Shown piece by piece: positions 42,231 to 53,031 of a stretch of 64,000 nt of DNA. The position numbers and the translations under genes were made by a program. The stretch comes from Acidobacteriota bacterium. Its GTDB lineage: Bacteria; Acidobacteriota; UBA890; WLXD01. The notes beneath the pieces were generated by a model, which worked only from the letters and a program-made list of their open reading frames with translations, was not told the origin of the DNA and ran no database searches. The DNA is taken from positions 1,216,001 through 1,280,000 of the forward strand of contig CAXWPL010000005.1 in assembly GCA_963666215.2 (NCBI GenBank), written 5' to 3'. Position 1 is the stretch's first letter. Each line of letters starts with the position of its first letter.

Positions 42231-42766
42231 TACCGCTCCATCAACGCGTCTTCAGGCGGCGCGCTGGGCGGAGGGTGGTTGTGAAGTGGAGGGAGGCGAG
42301 GGGCAGCGAGTGATCGTGTTGCCTGCCGCCAGTAGCTCGCCATGGCTCGCGGTTCCTGCCCGATCGACCGACCGTTCGCGATCGAGGTCAGCGAGTCGAA
42401 GTAACGTGAAACTCCCTTCGAGCGAACTCTCGGCCCAAGAGCCAGGCGACGACGGTCGGCAGCGCATCGTGCAAGCCGCGGTATCGGTTGGAGGGGCATC
42501 GGGAGCGCGGAGGCGAGCCGGGGGGGGGGGGGATCGTAGCGGCTCTCGCGGATCGGCGGATCGGTCGTCGCCATCTCCTTAGCGGTTGCGAACGCTAGCT
42601 CCCGGAAACTGCGACCAAGCTACAAGCGTCAGTCGGCCTAGATGCGCCCCCGGCTCGCCTCCGCGCGCCTGAAACGCACCCCCCACCCACTCAACCCAAC
42701 GCCCACCTCACGAAGAACATCCTCCGCATCCCGGTTGCCTTTGGATCTCCGAAGTGAGCCCCTAGT

Positions 42767-43772
42767 TGTGTTTTCTAAGTAGGTTGTTCACATCGGGGCT
42801 CACTTCTGAGATCAATGGGGTTGTTCAAAAGACTCCACGACCTCAGAAGGAGCGCCCGATGCAGCTGCATGGTAACGCCCGCACGATGCCGTATATACGC
42901 CGAGAGATGGTCCGCCGAGTCCGGGAGCGGGCGGAGCCCGTGACGGAAACGGCGGCGGCGCTCGGCGTGTCGGCTCGAACGGTTTACAAGTGGCTGGATA
43001 GATACGAGCGAGAAGGTGAGGCCGGGCTGCTCGATCGATCAAGCCGGCCGACGTGCTGTCCGCACGCAACAAGCGCTGGAGTTGTGAGGCAGATCGACAA
43101 GCTACGTCGGCGGCGACTGACGGCCTGGCAGATCAGCCGAAGGTTGGCTGTGCCGCGCTCGACCGTCTCGGCTGGCTGAAGCGGCTCGGACTCGCCAGCT
43201 TGATGCGCTCGAGCCCAAGCCCGAGATCGTTCGCTACGAGTACGAGCACCCCGGTGACCTACTGCACCTGGATACGAAGAAACTGGCCCGTATCCGGCGA
43301 CCTGGACACCGCATCCACGGCGACCGCTCCAAGCGGGCCTACGGCGTCGGCTGGGAGAACGCCCACGTCGCTATCGACGATCACTCTCGGGTGGCGTACG
43401 TCGAAGTGCTGCCCCTGAAGACCAACACACCTGCACAGCGTTCCTGCAGCGAGCCGTCGAGCACTTCGCTTCGATGGGAGTAGCGGTGCGCGAGTGATGA
43501 CAGACAACGGGCCTGGCTACGTCTCGAAGCGCTTCAATCTATGCCACCTCGAACGCACATTTACACCCGGCCCTACACCCCCAGAACCAACGGCAAAGCC
43601 GAACGCTTCATCCGCACACTCAAGGAGCAGTGGGCCTACGGCACCTGCTACCAGACCTCAGCTCGACGTACTCGAGCTCTACGGCCCTGGCTCAACCACT
43701 ACAATCGTCACCGTCCCCACGCCGGCATCGGCATGACACCGCCGATCGCTCGGAGGGGTGAGTTCGTGAGCC
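42767..43772 (+). mobile_element. IS481-family element, copy 1 (multiple indels, right IR absent)
   Basis: TGT end after CCTAGT; HGNAR, LHLDTKK, TDNG, TNGKAERF in three frames; CCTAGT repeated at the right end. Confidence 0.9.
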
Positions 43773-43773
43773 C

Positions 43774-46398
43774 CTAGTCGGACTCCTGCGGTGGGAAGAT
43801 CGCGTTGAAGATCACCTTGAACGTGTGGTGCGCCTGAGCGCGATACTCGGGCGAGAATCCGACACGGATCACGCGACCCTGTCCCACTCGGTTCTCGAGC
43901 AGAGCGCTGTTGCCAGCCAGACGTTCCTCTCCTTGGATCCAGCCGCTGAGTAGTAGATCGGAGCTCGGGTAGGTGGCGACGCTGGTCGCCTGCTCACCGG
44001 CGGGCGACCAGAAGGGGCTGTTCCAGTAGAAGATCGGCGTCTCGGGCGTCAGCCCGAAACCGAGCGGGTGGTCCACGTCGACCTCTACACGCAGCAGCGA
44101 GCCGGGGATGTTGAACTCGGTGCGCGACAGCCCCGTCCCCAGGCTGTCACCGGATGCGCCCAGATGCTGCGAGGCGAAGCCGGTGGCACGGCCCCAGGTG
44201 AACACCGTGCCGCCCTCCTCGACATACGCTCGCAGCATCGCCACACCCTCCTCGCCCAGCCCGCCGGCGTACTGCGGTGGCGCGGCGGCAGTCTGGCGTC
44301 CGCGGGAGTTGCTCGGGGTCGCCGAGCGCCCGTCGACGATAGCCGTGGAGCTGTTGTCGGGTACGAAGATCACACCGAATCGCGCCAGGTCGCCGGCGCG
44401 GATGTCGTCGTCGTGCAGAACCTCGAACGGGATCTGGTGCTGATCGAGGACGAACCGCAGCCAGCCCTCCGGCATGCTCGCGACGTAGCTCTGGTAAATC
44501 CCTACGGCCGGCGGACCTACCCAGCCCTTGGCGACGCCGGGAAGCCTGGCCACTCCGAACGCTCGCACATGGTGCTTACGCACGGCCGCCGCAAGCTCCT
44601 GCCGCACGAGAATCCCATCAGCGCCGGCGGGCAGCTGTTGTATCCAAGTTCCCGCGGGCCAAGCGCGCCCCGCTGCCTCGAAGCCGCGCGTCGATCGTGA
44701 CAGACTGCGGCCCCCCATTGCCGCCGCTACGCTGTAGGAGTTGTTAACCTGCGGATCCATCAGATACGCCACGGCCGCGTCGGTGCCTGCGGGCTCAACC
44801 AGGCCGCCGGCCGGCGCCATCACCGTCTCGACGAGCTCGGCGGCAACGTCGAACGCGGCATCAACGCGATCGACACGCACGTTCATCAGCATAGGTAGCG
44901 TGTGCGCGGTGACGTCGTACGGCGGGTCGAGCGGTCCCCCTTCGTAGAGGTAGAGCTGCGGGTATTCCTGACGCTCCAGCACGCTCTTGGCAAAACGGCC
45001 GGCCGGCTGGGCGAAACGAACGATGTGTGATCCGGCAGCATAGTCGCGACCACCGGCGCGGAACGCCGCCCCAGCGCGCTCGATGTCGACATCGGCGATC
45101 TGCAGCACCTTGAGCAACTTCGCCGTGACCGGCGGATCAACCTGATTGGCCGGCAGCACGAAGGCGAATGGCGGATCGCTCGAAAGATCAGGCTCGACTG
45201 AACGACGCTGGGCAGCGTACATCCCCGCTAGCAGATGCTCACGTAAATCGGCCGCGGCACGAAGCGCCGCCATTGCCGAGGTGTAGTGGTAGTCGACCAC
45301 CTCCGAGAAGCGCCACGTGCCGCCCTGCCACGGCATCGGGAAATACCAGTGCCGCTCCTGATGCGTCGAGCCGATGGCCTCGAACGGGACCTCGATGTCG
45401 TCGGCGAAGTTCGCGCTAGCGACCTCGGTGAGAATCCGCACGCCGCCGTGCGTGTGGTAGTAGGCCCGGGCCGGCGTCCACGCGTCGTAGCGCTGCTTCC
45501 ACTCCACACCCGCATAGCCGCGCGCGGTGAGGTACTGGCCCATGAAGGCGCCGATCATGTTGTTCGAGGCCTGAATCGCCGGATCGACATTGGGCTCCCA
45601 CGGATCCTCGAACGGAGGCACGAAGATGCGCGAACCCGTCGAGCCTTGCTGATGCTGATCGAGCGTGAATTGGGGGTGCAGCAGGTTCTGCATCTGAATC
45701 GACAGCCGCGTCTCGACCTGCGTAAACATGTACCAGTCGCGGTTGTTGTCGTGGCCGACATACTTCTGGTAAAGGAACGGCGGCTGTGAGTTCTCGTGCT
45801 CCGTGCCGCGATAACGATCGAGCCACTCGTAGACCATCTCCTGGCCGTCCGGGTTGTGCACCGGAACGTGGGCGACGACGACGTTCTCGAGAATCTTCTC
45901 GACCTCGGCGTCGGTACCCGTCGCCAGCCGATGAGCGAGCAGAATGCCGCCCTGCGACGCACCGACCTCGGTCGAATGAATCTGCCCGTTGACGATGACA
46001 AACGAAGGGTTCGAGGCAATGATCGCTTGGGCCTCCTCGTCGCCAACGCCGCGCGGATCGTAGAGCTTGTCGTTGGCTTCGATGAGCTCATCGAGGCGAG
46101 CGAGATTCTCGGGCGACGAGACCAGCGCGTAGTAGAAGGGCCGAAGCTCGGTTGTGCGCCCAACCTGTCGCAGCTGCACCCGATCGGTACGCTCCGCCAG
46201 CACCTCGTAGTAGCGCAGGATCTCGGAGTGCGGAATCAGCACGCCGGCCGCGCCGATGGTGCGCCCAAAGAACTCGGCGGGGGTCGGGATTGCCGACTGC
46301 TGACTGCCGACGCTCGCCGGCGGCCCGCCACCCAGCCCCAGAACGAGCAGGAGGACGAGGACGGAAGGACGCATACGGCGCATACGGGAGGCTCTCAT
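43774..46398 (-). CDS. M14 family zinc carboxypeptidase
   Basis: IHSTE, HNPDG, GHDNNRD, DQHQ; C-terminal GATase-like domain. Confidence 0.9.
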   Translation of the reverse strand: MRASRMRRMRPSVLVLLLVLGLGGGPPASVGSQQSAIPTPAEFFGRTIGAAGVLIPHSEILRYYEVLAERTDRVQLRQVGRTTELRPFYYALVSSPENLARLDELIEANDKLYDPRGVGDEEAQAIIASNPSFVIVNGQIHSTEVGASQGGILLAHRLATGTDAEVEKILENVVVAHVPVHNPDGQEMVYEWLDRYRGTEHENSQPPFLYQKYVGHDNNRDWYMFTQVETRLSIQMQNLLHPQFTLDQHQQGSTGSRIFVPPFEDPWEPNVDPAIQASNNMIGAFMGQYLTARGYAGVEWKQRYDAWTPARAYYHTHGGVRILTEVASANFADDIEVPFEAIGSTHQERHWYFPMPWQGGTWRFSEVVDYHYTSAMAALRAAADLREHLLAGMYAAQRRSVEPDLSSDPPFAFVLPANQVDPPVTAKLLKVLQIADVDIERAGAAFRAGGRDYAAGSHIVRFAQPAGRFAKSVLERQEYPQLYLYEGGPLDPPYDVTAHTLPMLMNVRVDRVDAAFDVAAELVETVMAPAGGLVEPAGTDAAVAYLMDPQVNNSYSVAAAMGGRSLSRSTRGFEAAGRAWPAGTWIQQLPAGADGILVRQELAAAVRKHHVRAFGVARLPGVAKGWVGPPAVGIYQSYVASMPEGWLRFVLDQHQIPFEVLHDDDIRAGDLARFGVIFVPDNSSTAIVDGRSATPSNSRGRQTAAAPPQYAGGLGEEGVAMLRAYVEEGGTVFTWGRATGFASQHLGASGDSLGTGLSRTEFNIPGSLLRVEVDVDHPLGFGLTPETPIFYWNSPFWSPAGEQATSVATYPSSDLLLSGWIQGEERLAGNSALLENRVGQGRVIRVGFSPEYRAQAHHTFKVIFNAIFPPQESD

Positions 46399-46682
46399 TT
46401 GTTCTCCGGGTGACGACAGGGCGGCGATGGATTCGTGGGGTCGCTTGCGGGCACAGCGCCACAGCCAGGAGGGCGCTGTTGTCACGCCTCCTCCCCGAGC
46501 GCCGGCCCGCGTTCCCCAAGAATGTCAGACCTGCCGGCCATCGACAGCCACCGCCCCGGGGCAGTGATAGCCGATCACCCCGATCCGAAGGTCACGACGA
46601 CCACGGCGAGAACCCGCAGGAGCTAAGCTCGCCCTAAAGGCGGACGGTGAGATATCCACACGACCCGCATGCGAGGAAACCC

Positions 46683-47156
46683 ATGAGTAACGAGCCGTTC
46701 TACGTTGCGCGCGCCATCGTCAGCAAGGTTGAAGGCGTCCATCGACGCGCTCGTCTCGCGGTGGGTGCCGCAGGCACCGACGTCGACTTCGGCGTCCACG
46801 GCGACATCAAGCGCTACTTCAAGCTCGAGGGCGCCCCCGACCTGCCGCTACCCGTCGACTACATCGCGGCTGCCGTCGGTTCTTGAATGCTCGGCACCCT
46901 AAACGGCGCACTGAAGGTGCGTCAAGTCGTGCTGCCGCCCGCCGATATTTCGTGTGTGGTCGAGGGCGTAAATGAGCTGATCGACCGGATTCCCGTGCTG
47001 ACCCGGATCACGCTCCACTACAAGCTCCGTATCCCCGACGGAACGCGAGAGACTGTCGATCGCGCTCTCTCGCGCCATCAGGACAAGTGCCCAACGGCTC
47101 AGAGCTTGAAACAGTCGGTGGACATCTCCTGGACGGCCGACATCGAGGAAGCCTAG
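46683..47156 (+). CDS. OsmC-like selenoprotein (UGA at 46884)
   Basis: Two same-frame ORFs separated only by TGA at the first catalytic Cys position (DYIAAAVGS-U-MLGT); second Cys in KCP. Confidence 0.85.
46893..46933 (+). promoter_or_regulatory. Putative bacterial SECIS element
   Basis: GGCGCACT[GAA]GGTGCGTC upper stem, GGCAC/GTGCT lower stem. Confidence 0.65.
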
Positions 47157-47369
47157 CGGGCTCAGCGGCTCCGACCCAAGAGATGGCGTCGGCCGCGGTG
47201 CACCTTCGGTTGTAGGTGTCGTCGACTGACTGCCGTAGAACGAGCCCGACGCGGGGCGCGCTGTTTGCCAGGGCTGTGGCACGGGTCTGCTACTCGGACA
47301 TCAAGAGTCGCGACCACGCAGCCAAGAGGTGACGCGGTCGCGACTCTGACGGCAAGACCGCCCCCTAGT

Positions 47370-47652
47370 TGTGTTTTCTAAGTAGGTTGTTCACATCGGG
47401 GCTCACTTCTGAGATCAATGGGGTTGTTCAAAAGACTCCACGACCTCAGAAGGAGCGCCCGATGCAGCTGCATGGTAACGCCCGCACGACGCCGTATATA
47501 CGCCGAGAGATGGTCCGCCGAGTCCGGGATCGGGCGGAGCCCGTGACGGAAACGGCGGCGGCGCTCGGCGTGTCGGCTCGAACGGTTTACAAGTGGCTGG
47601 ATAGATACGAGCGAGAAGGTGAGGCCGGGCTGCTCGATCGATCAAGCCGGCC
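47370..47652 (+). mobile_element. IS481-family element, copy 2 (5' fragment)
   Basis: Near-identical to first ~280 bp of copy 1; follows CCTAGT. Confidence 0.9.
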
Positions 47653-48573
47653 AACGTCGCCCCGTGAGTGCCGTCCGGTAGCTGGCCATGGGACACAAGC
47701 GGCCAAGTATGGGCGTCGCGGAGGCCGTGGCGGCGAACCTTCTCCGGTGCGTACTCAAGCGGCAGCCGTGGCGCGTCGTCCGGGGGCTTGCGGTTCGCGG
47801 CGCGGCGTGTGTTACGCTGCATCTGTTAGCCTCTGGCTGCTACTCAATAGAGCAGCATCTTGGGGTTGAAGAAAACACACTCTGCCCGCCCGTCATGGCT
47901 TACCTCCTAGCGATCGGGCGTGTGTGTGGGATGCAAGAATACCACCAGTTCCCCGGCAGCACGGACGTAACGTGCCGGGGATCTTGGTGTTTCAGGGGTC
48001 GTGCGGAACTGAAGACGGATAAGAGTATAAGAGTTTCCTTATACTCTTATCCCCATTGCCAAGCTCCCAATGATGCCCCTCTCGGCCGCGTGTCGCCGTG
48101 GTGTAGCCACGTGTCGAGAAAACGCTTCCAGAGGATCGCTTCTAACGCACGGCAGCACCCCGGAGCGAGCGGTTGCCCGTGGCTATTTCAGCATCCGTGC
48201 ACGGGGCCGCTACGGCCTCTCAGGCAGGGCCCCATCCAGACAGCCTCGGGCGCTCGTAGACTTCCACCGTGACCACGCGGCCTTCGGCGTCGCAAGAGTA
48301 GAGCCACGCCGGGGTCACGGCGGCCGTGCGCGGCCCTGTAGGCGAGACGACAGAGCCGGCCATCGCACGGCCCAATCTGCCTCGAGATTCTCCGCGAGGT
48401 TGGACGACTGCAGCGCGAGCTAGCCGGCCGCGACGTCATCGTCCGTGCCGCGCCGGCGGTGGGCCGTGCGCTCGAAAACGAGAGTCACGCCGTCCTCGAG
48501 GGCATCCGTCACATGCTCAACTCGCCGGTCCAGGTGCTACCCGATCACAGCCTGCACCAGGAGCGCTTCGAGG

Positions 48574-49491
48574 TCACCGCGCGTTAGAAGCTCGCGGCGT
48601 GCGCTCGCGCCGACCGACCGGAGCCAGCGGAACGAGAGCGCTGGCGATCAGGAAGCGGCCGAACAGCTCCGCCACGACCTGGCGCGGGATGTCGCTGATC
48701 GTGATCGACCTCCCAACAATCGACGGGTCGGCGGCGAATCGCTGCGTCCAGAACCCATACGACAGGATCACCGCCTGCGGGCCGTCCCACGCCCCCTCTT
48801 CGAGCGTGAAGTTGCGGCCGTGAAGAGGCTGCACGCCGAGCACATCCAGGAAGTCATGCGCCACGTCGACACCAACGAGCCGCTCGGGCTGACCTTCACC
48901 CGTGAGGTTGTAGTTGCCCTGTTGAAAGAACGCGTTGTATCCGGTGAGACCGTCGAACGACGTCGCCAAAGCGCGAAAGTCGCGGAGGTTGCTGGTGCGC
49001 GATGTCACGGCCGACATGCCGCCGAAAACCTCACTGTTGGCGATCCAAACCAGGCGCTCGGGCTCGGGAAACGGGAGCGAACGCACCATGAGCGGGCTCA
49101 TCACACTGAACACGGCCGTGCTAGCGCCAACCCCGAGCGCCACGATCAAGGTGGCAAACGCGAAGAAAGCCAGGTCTTTGCGAACCGCCCGGCAGGCGTA
49201 GCGAGCGTCTTGGGCAATGCCGATGGTGCTGAAGGAATCCGTCATCGATCCGTCTCCGGTGACATCTCGATGTCGAGGCCAGACGACGTCCAGCACGCGA
49301 TGGGTGATCAGGCTCAGGGTCAGCGGTAGAGCATGGCGCCAGTACCAGACGTGCCTGGCAACCGCGCCGCGGCTGCGCGCGATGCGGGCGAAGTCTTCAC
49401 GCAGATCGCCGAGCACGGCGCTGGCGGCGCCGTCGCGCGGCAGAGCACGCGCCAGCAGCCACTGGGGAAGTGCGGGCGGGCGGGTGGTCAT
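48574..49491 (-). pseudogene. ADOP/MacB-type ABC permease, 3' truncated
   Basis: LGDLREDF, QDARYA.R, ALGVGASTAVFSV, LPFPEPERLV; breaks off in the first periplasmic domain. Confidence 0.85.
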
Positions 49492-49814
49492 GGGCGATCG
49501 AGCAGCGGCCCGAGTCCCTCGAAGAAGTCGAACAGAACGGCCCGCGAAGCACGAACCGCCTCGAGGCCCGCTTCGGTCACCTTCAGTCGCCGCATCGGGT
49601 GGCCACCGCGCTCGGGCGTGCTACTCGGCTCCAGCTCCCACTCGATGAGGCCCTTGGTGTTGAGGCGATCGAGAGTGCGGTAAAGGGCACCTCGCGTGAC
49701 CGAGCGACCGGCGTTGTCTTGAAGGTCCTCGCGGATGCGGTTGGCGTACGGGTTGTCGGCCTGGCGCAGGATGGCCAGCACGACGAGCAGCTCGAACTCT
49801 CCGATCTTTGCCAT
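49488..49814 (-). CDS. PadR family transcriptional regulator
   Basis: IGEFELLVVLAIL, GALYRTLDRL, PERGG, TEAG; ATGA overlap with permease. Confidence 0.9.
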   Translation of the reverse strand: MAKIGEFELLVVLAILRQADNPYANRIREDLQDNAGRSVTRGALYRTLDRLNTKGLIEWELEPSSTPERGGHPMRRLKVTEAGLEAVRASRAVLFDFFEGLGPLLDRP

Positions 49815-49840
49815 GGGGAGTTGTCCTGGTAAGGCAGTTT

Positions 49841-49888
49841 TCGAGAAATACTTTGTATACCTTGTGTAGGATACAAAGTCTTCTTCGA
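49841..49888. promoter_or_regulatory. Inverted repeat upstream of padR, candidate operator
   Basis: ACTTTGTAT...ATACAAAGT flanked by TCGA on both sides. Confidence 0.55.
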
Positions 49889-50067
49889 CCGCGTCAACCA
49901 TGGTTGACGCTTCGGTCGCGATCGTTCGGAGCGCACACATGCCCGACTCCGGATTGCCGAGCTCCGCGGGCGAGGCGGTCCTGCAGCGCGGTGAACGGTA
50001 GCTCGCTCGCGTACAGGAGCGGATGCCCGGTACGCATGACCGCAACAGTCGCGGCGTTGTGTGGGCG

Positions 50068-51471
50068 CTAGTCGACGATGGCCTCGTAGAGATAGATCGT
50101 CCGTGCGGAGTCGGCAACAGCCGCGCGATCGAGAAGCCTGAAGCGGGTGGCAAACGCCGCTTCGAAGCCGTTTTCTGAGTAGTCGTCGAAAATGTCCTCG
50201 CGCGTCGCGAGCAGGCGTGCCACCTGAGAGTCTTCCTTGGGCACGAACTCGATCACGAGGTGCCGGCAGAGGCCTGCCAGAAAGGCGGCGATCTTCGGCA
50301 GCGGGACGTTGTTGCCGATGGCGAGGTGGTGCACAAGCGCGAGACCCAGGATCAGGTCGGCGGGTCCCCGTTGGCTGATCGAGTCGCGCTCCCGCGATGC
50401 CCATCCCAACGAAGGGCTCGGATTCGCGAGATCCATCAGCAGCGGCAGCATGTGGCTCTCGTTGCGGTGCCGCACGTCGCGGTAGTTGTTCTCCACGGCC
50501 GCCGGATCGCCATCGATTGCCACGGTGTACGCACCCGCGGCGCTCGCGACTCGGCTGAAGCGGCCGTCGTTCGCCCCCAGATCCCACGCCGTGCGAGGCT
50601 GGACTCGCGCCACGAAGCGCTCGACGATGGAGTGCTTGGCTTCGTGGGCAGCGCTCGAGTAGTTCGTCTCGTCGTAGTAGTCACCCCAGATGGTCTTCGA
50701 CGTCGGTAGCTCCAGACCGGCCACACTACTCTGCAAACTGTCGACGAGACCCAGAAGGGCGTTGCGCGAGAGTTTGGCCTCACGCGCGTCAGCAGAAGCT
50801 TCCGGTTTGGCGACGGCCTTGGCCACCGCTCTACCGTGAGCGTGGATGTGCATCTGAAGGCCGAGGCGGAGGCGTGTACAGATCGGTAGCGCTCGACTCG
50901 CCAGCCCGATATCGATGCCGCCGAGGTTGGTGCGGAGTAGCTTGAGAAACCCGATGTCGACGTACGCTGCAAGCGTCAGCGGAGCCAGGAAGTGCTGGCA
51001 GAACTGGTTGTAGGCACCCCAGGGTCGACCCTCGGGATAGGCCTCGAAGCTCAACGTGTCGATGAAGACCGGGCGGCCACCGAGGTACTGAACGTTGTAG
51101 GCACTCGCGTCGCGCAACCACAGGCCGTGCGTCAGAGCGCGCTTCTGTAGCGCCAGCGTCAGTAGGGCCGCGTCCCTGAGCTGTCCAAAGCACCACTCGT
51201 AGGGATACGAGACGAAGGGCACCTGATCGGGTCGCAGGATCTTGTAGGCGCCAGCCCCGACGCTCAGCGATTCCGGATCGATTTCTTCGTGACGAATCAG
51301 CTCGCCGGCGTCCATCGCCGCGCGGTAGAAGCCGCTCTTGACGATGTGCTCGTAGGTCGCTGCGTACGAGTCGCTGATTTGACGATAGACCGTGCCGTCG
51401 TCGCGAAAAACGAAACCCGAGGGGTCGCGAAACGAGGCTGGAAGTGGTTCCGCGGTGTCGCGCCTAGTCAA
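50068..51471 (-). CDS. SAM-dependent methyltransferase, NoeA-like
   Basis: SFRDPSGFVF, FVSYPYEW, DASAYNVQ, WDLGANDG, LALVHHLAI. Confidence 0.85.
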   Translation of the reverse strand: MTRRDTAEPLPASFRDPSGFVFRDDGTVYRQISDSYAATYEHIVKSGFYRAAMDAGELIRHEEIDPESLSVGAGAYKILRPDQVPFVSYPYEWCFGQLRDAALLTLALQKRALTHGLWLRDASAYNVQYLGGRPVFIDTLSFEAYPEGRPWGAYNQFCQHFLAPLTLAAYVDIGFLKLLRTNLGGIDIGLASRALPICTRLRLGLQMHIHAHGRAVAKAVAKPEASADAREAKLSRNALLGLVDSLQSSVAGLELPTSKTIWGDYYDETNYSSAAHEAKHSIVERFVARVQPRTAWDLGANDGRFSRVASAAGAYTVAIDGDPAAVENNYRDVRHRNESHMLPLLMDLANPSPSLGWASRERDSISQRGPADLILGLALVHHLAIGNNVPLPKIAAFLAGLCRHLVIEFVPKEDSQVARLLATREDIFDDYSENGFEAAFATRFRLLDRAAVADSARTIYLYEAIVD

Positions 51472-51715
51472 CAGCGTCCTGGCGGGGTGTCTCTTCCGCG
51501 CCCGGCTTTCCGGCGACAAGCTGCTTGAGCTTTCGCCAGTTGACCTTGATCAGGTAGAGGCCGCCAGCGATTGCACCGACGATGCCTTGGAATAGGAAAC
51601 TGCCGGTTACCGGGTCGATGTAGGCGTAGGCCGGCAACGGAACGCTCGCCAGCAAAGCCAGCGGCAAACCGAGAGCGGCTGCGCAGCGAGCCTTATCACG
51701 AGTGGCTGGAGTCAT
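51464..51715 (-). CDS. Small membrane protein (YIDPxTGS type)
   Basis: AYAYIDPVTGSFLFQGIVGAIAGG. Confidence 0.7.
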   Translation of the reverse strand: MTPATRDKARCAAALGLPLALLASVPLPAYAYIDPVTGSFLFQGIVGAIAGGLYLIKVNWRKLKQLVAGKPGAEETPRQDAVD

Positions 51716-51855
51716 GGGTGAGCCCGTTACGTCGGTATGGGAGAGCGTGCGGAAACCGGTTGTCGATGATGGTGGCAGCGAGACTCACGGTAGCGAACAC
51801 CAAAGCGCGGGGAGCGTTGAGGTGGTTCGCTGCCTCGAGGGATTGTACTGCTAGT

Positions 51856-52922
51856 TGTGAGTTCTAGGTAGGTTGTTCACGAACTCACCCCTGAGAGCCG
51901 AGCGATCGGCGGTGTCATGCCGATGCCGGCGTGGGGACGGTGACGATTGTAGTGGTTGAGCCAGGGCCGTAGAGCTCGAGTACGTCGAGCTGAGGTCTGG
52001 TAGCAGGTGCCGTAGGCCCACTGCTCCTTGAGTGTGCGGATGAAGCGTTCGGCGAGTGTGCGGATGAAGCGTTCGGCTTTGCCGTTGGTTCTGGGGGTGT
52101 AGGGCCGGGTGTAAATGTGCCGGATCTCGAGTTGATGGCATAGGCGATTGAAGCGCTTCGAGACGTAGCCAGGCCCGTTGTCTGTCATCACTCGGCGCAC
52201 CGCTACTCCCATCGAAGCGAAGTGCTCGACGGCTCGCTGCAGGAACGCTGTGCAGGTGTGTTGGTCTTCGGCGGGCAGCACTTCGACGTACGCCACCCGA
52301 GAGTGATCGTCGATAGCGACGTGGGCGTTCTCCCAGCCGACGCCGTAGGCCCGCTTGGAGCGGTCGCCGTGGATGCGGTGTCCAGGTCGCCGGATACGGG
52401 CCAGTTTCTTCGTATCCAGGTGCAGTAGGTCACCGGGGTGCTCGTACTCGTAGCGAACGATCTCGGGCTTGGGCTCGAGCGCATCAAGCTTGGCGAGTCC
52501 GAGCCGCTTCAGCCACGCCGAGACGGTCGAGCGCGGCACAGCCAACCTTCGGCTGATCTGCCAAGCCGTCAGTCGCCGCCGACGTAGCTTGTCGATCTGC
52601 CTCACAACTCCAGCGCTTGTTGCGTGCGGACAGCACGTCGGCCGGCTTGATCGATCGAGCAGCCCGGCCTCACCTTCTCGCTCGTATCTATCCAGCCACT
52701 TGTAAACCGTTCGAGCCGACACGCCGAGCGCCGCCGCCGTTTCCGTCACGGGCTCCGCCCGCTCCCGGACTCGGCGGACCATCTCTCGGCGTATATACGG
52801 CGTCGTGCGGGCGTTACCATGCAGCTGCATCGGGCGCTCCTTCTGAGGTCGTGGAGTCTTTTGAACAACCCCATTGATCTCAGAAGTGAGCCCCGATGTG
52901 AACGACCTACTTAGAAAACACA
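51856..52922 (-). mobile_element. IS481-family element, copy 3 (full length)
   Basis: TGT..ACA ends with imperfect IRs TGTGTTTTCTAAGTAGGTCGTTCAC / TGTGAGTTCTAGGTAGGTTGTTCAC; CTAG on both sides. Confidence 0.95.
51877..52830 (-). CDS. IS481 family DDE transposase
   Basis: Open frame with HTH, D(TKK), D(NG), (A)E(RF); 8-aa tandem duplication. Confidence 0.92.
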   Translation of the reverse strand: MQLHGNARTTPYIRREMVRRVRERAEPVTETAAALGVSARTVYKWLDRYEREGEAGLLDRSSRPTCCPHATSAGVVRQIDKLRRRRLTAWQISRRLAVPRSTVSAWLKRLGLAKLDALEPKPEIVRYEYEHPGDLLHLDTKKLARIRRPGHRIHGDRSKRAYGVGWENAHVAIDDHSRVAYVEVLPAEDQHTCTAFLQRAVEHFASMGVAVRRVMTDNGPGYVSKRFNRLCHQLEIRHIYTRPYTPRTNGKAERFIRTLAERFIRTLKEQWAYGTCYQTSARRTRALRPWLNHYNRHRPHAGIGMTPPIARLSGVSS

Positions 52923-53031
52923 CCTAGGGCTCCGATTGTCGCTCGCCTCGGGCGCGTCCGGCAATCTGTGGACGGCACGATTGTACGCCGCCGCGATCGT
53001 GTCACGGCGGTCGCGGTAACGTTGCCGCTTC

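Noticed and set aside
47650-48570. Several ORFs of 80-190 aa
   Set aside because: No recognisable motifs or coding bias; lies between two truncation points and looks like degraded or noisy consensus.
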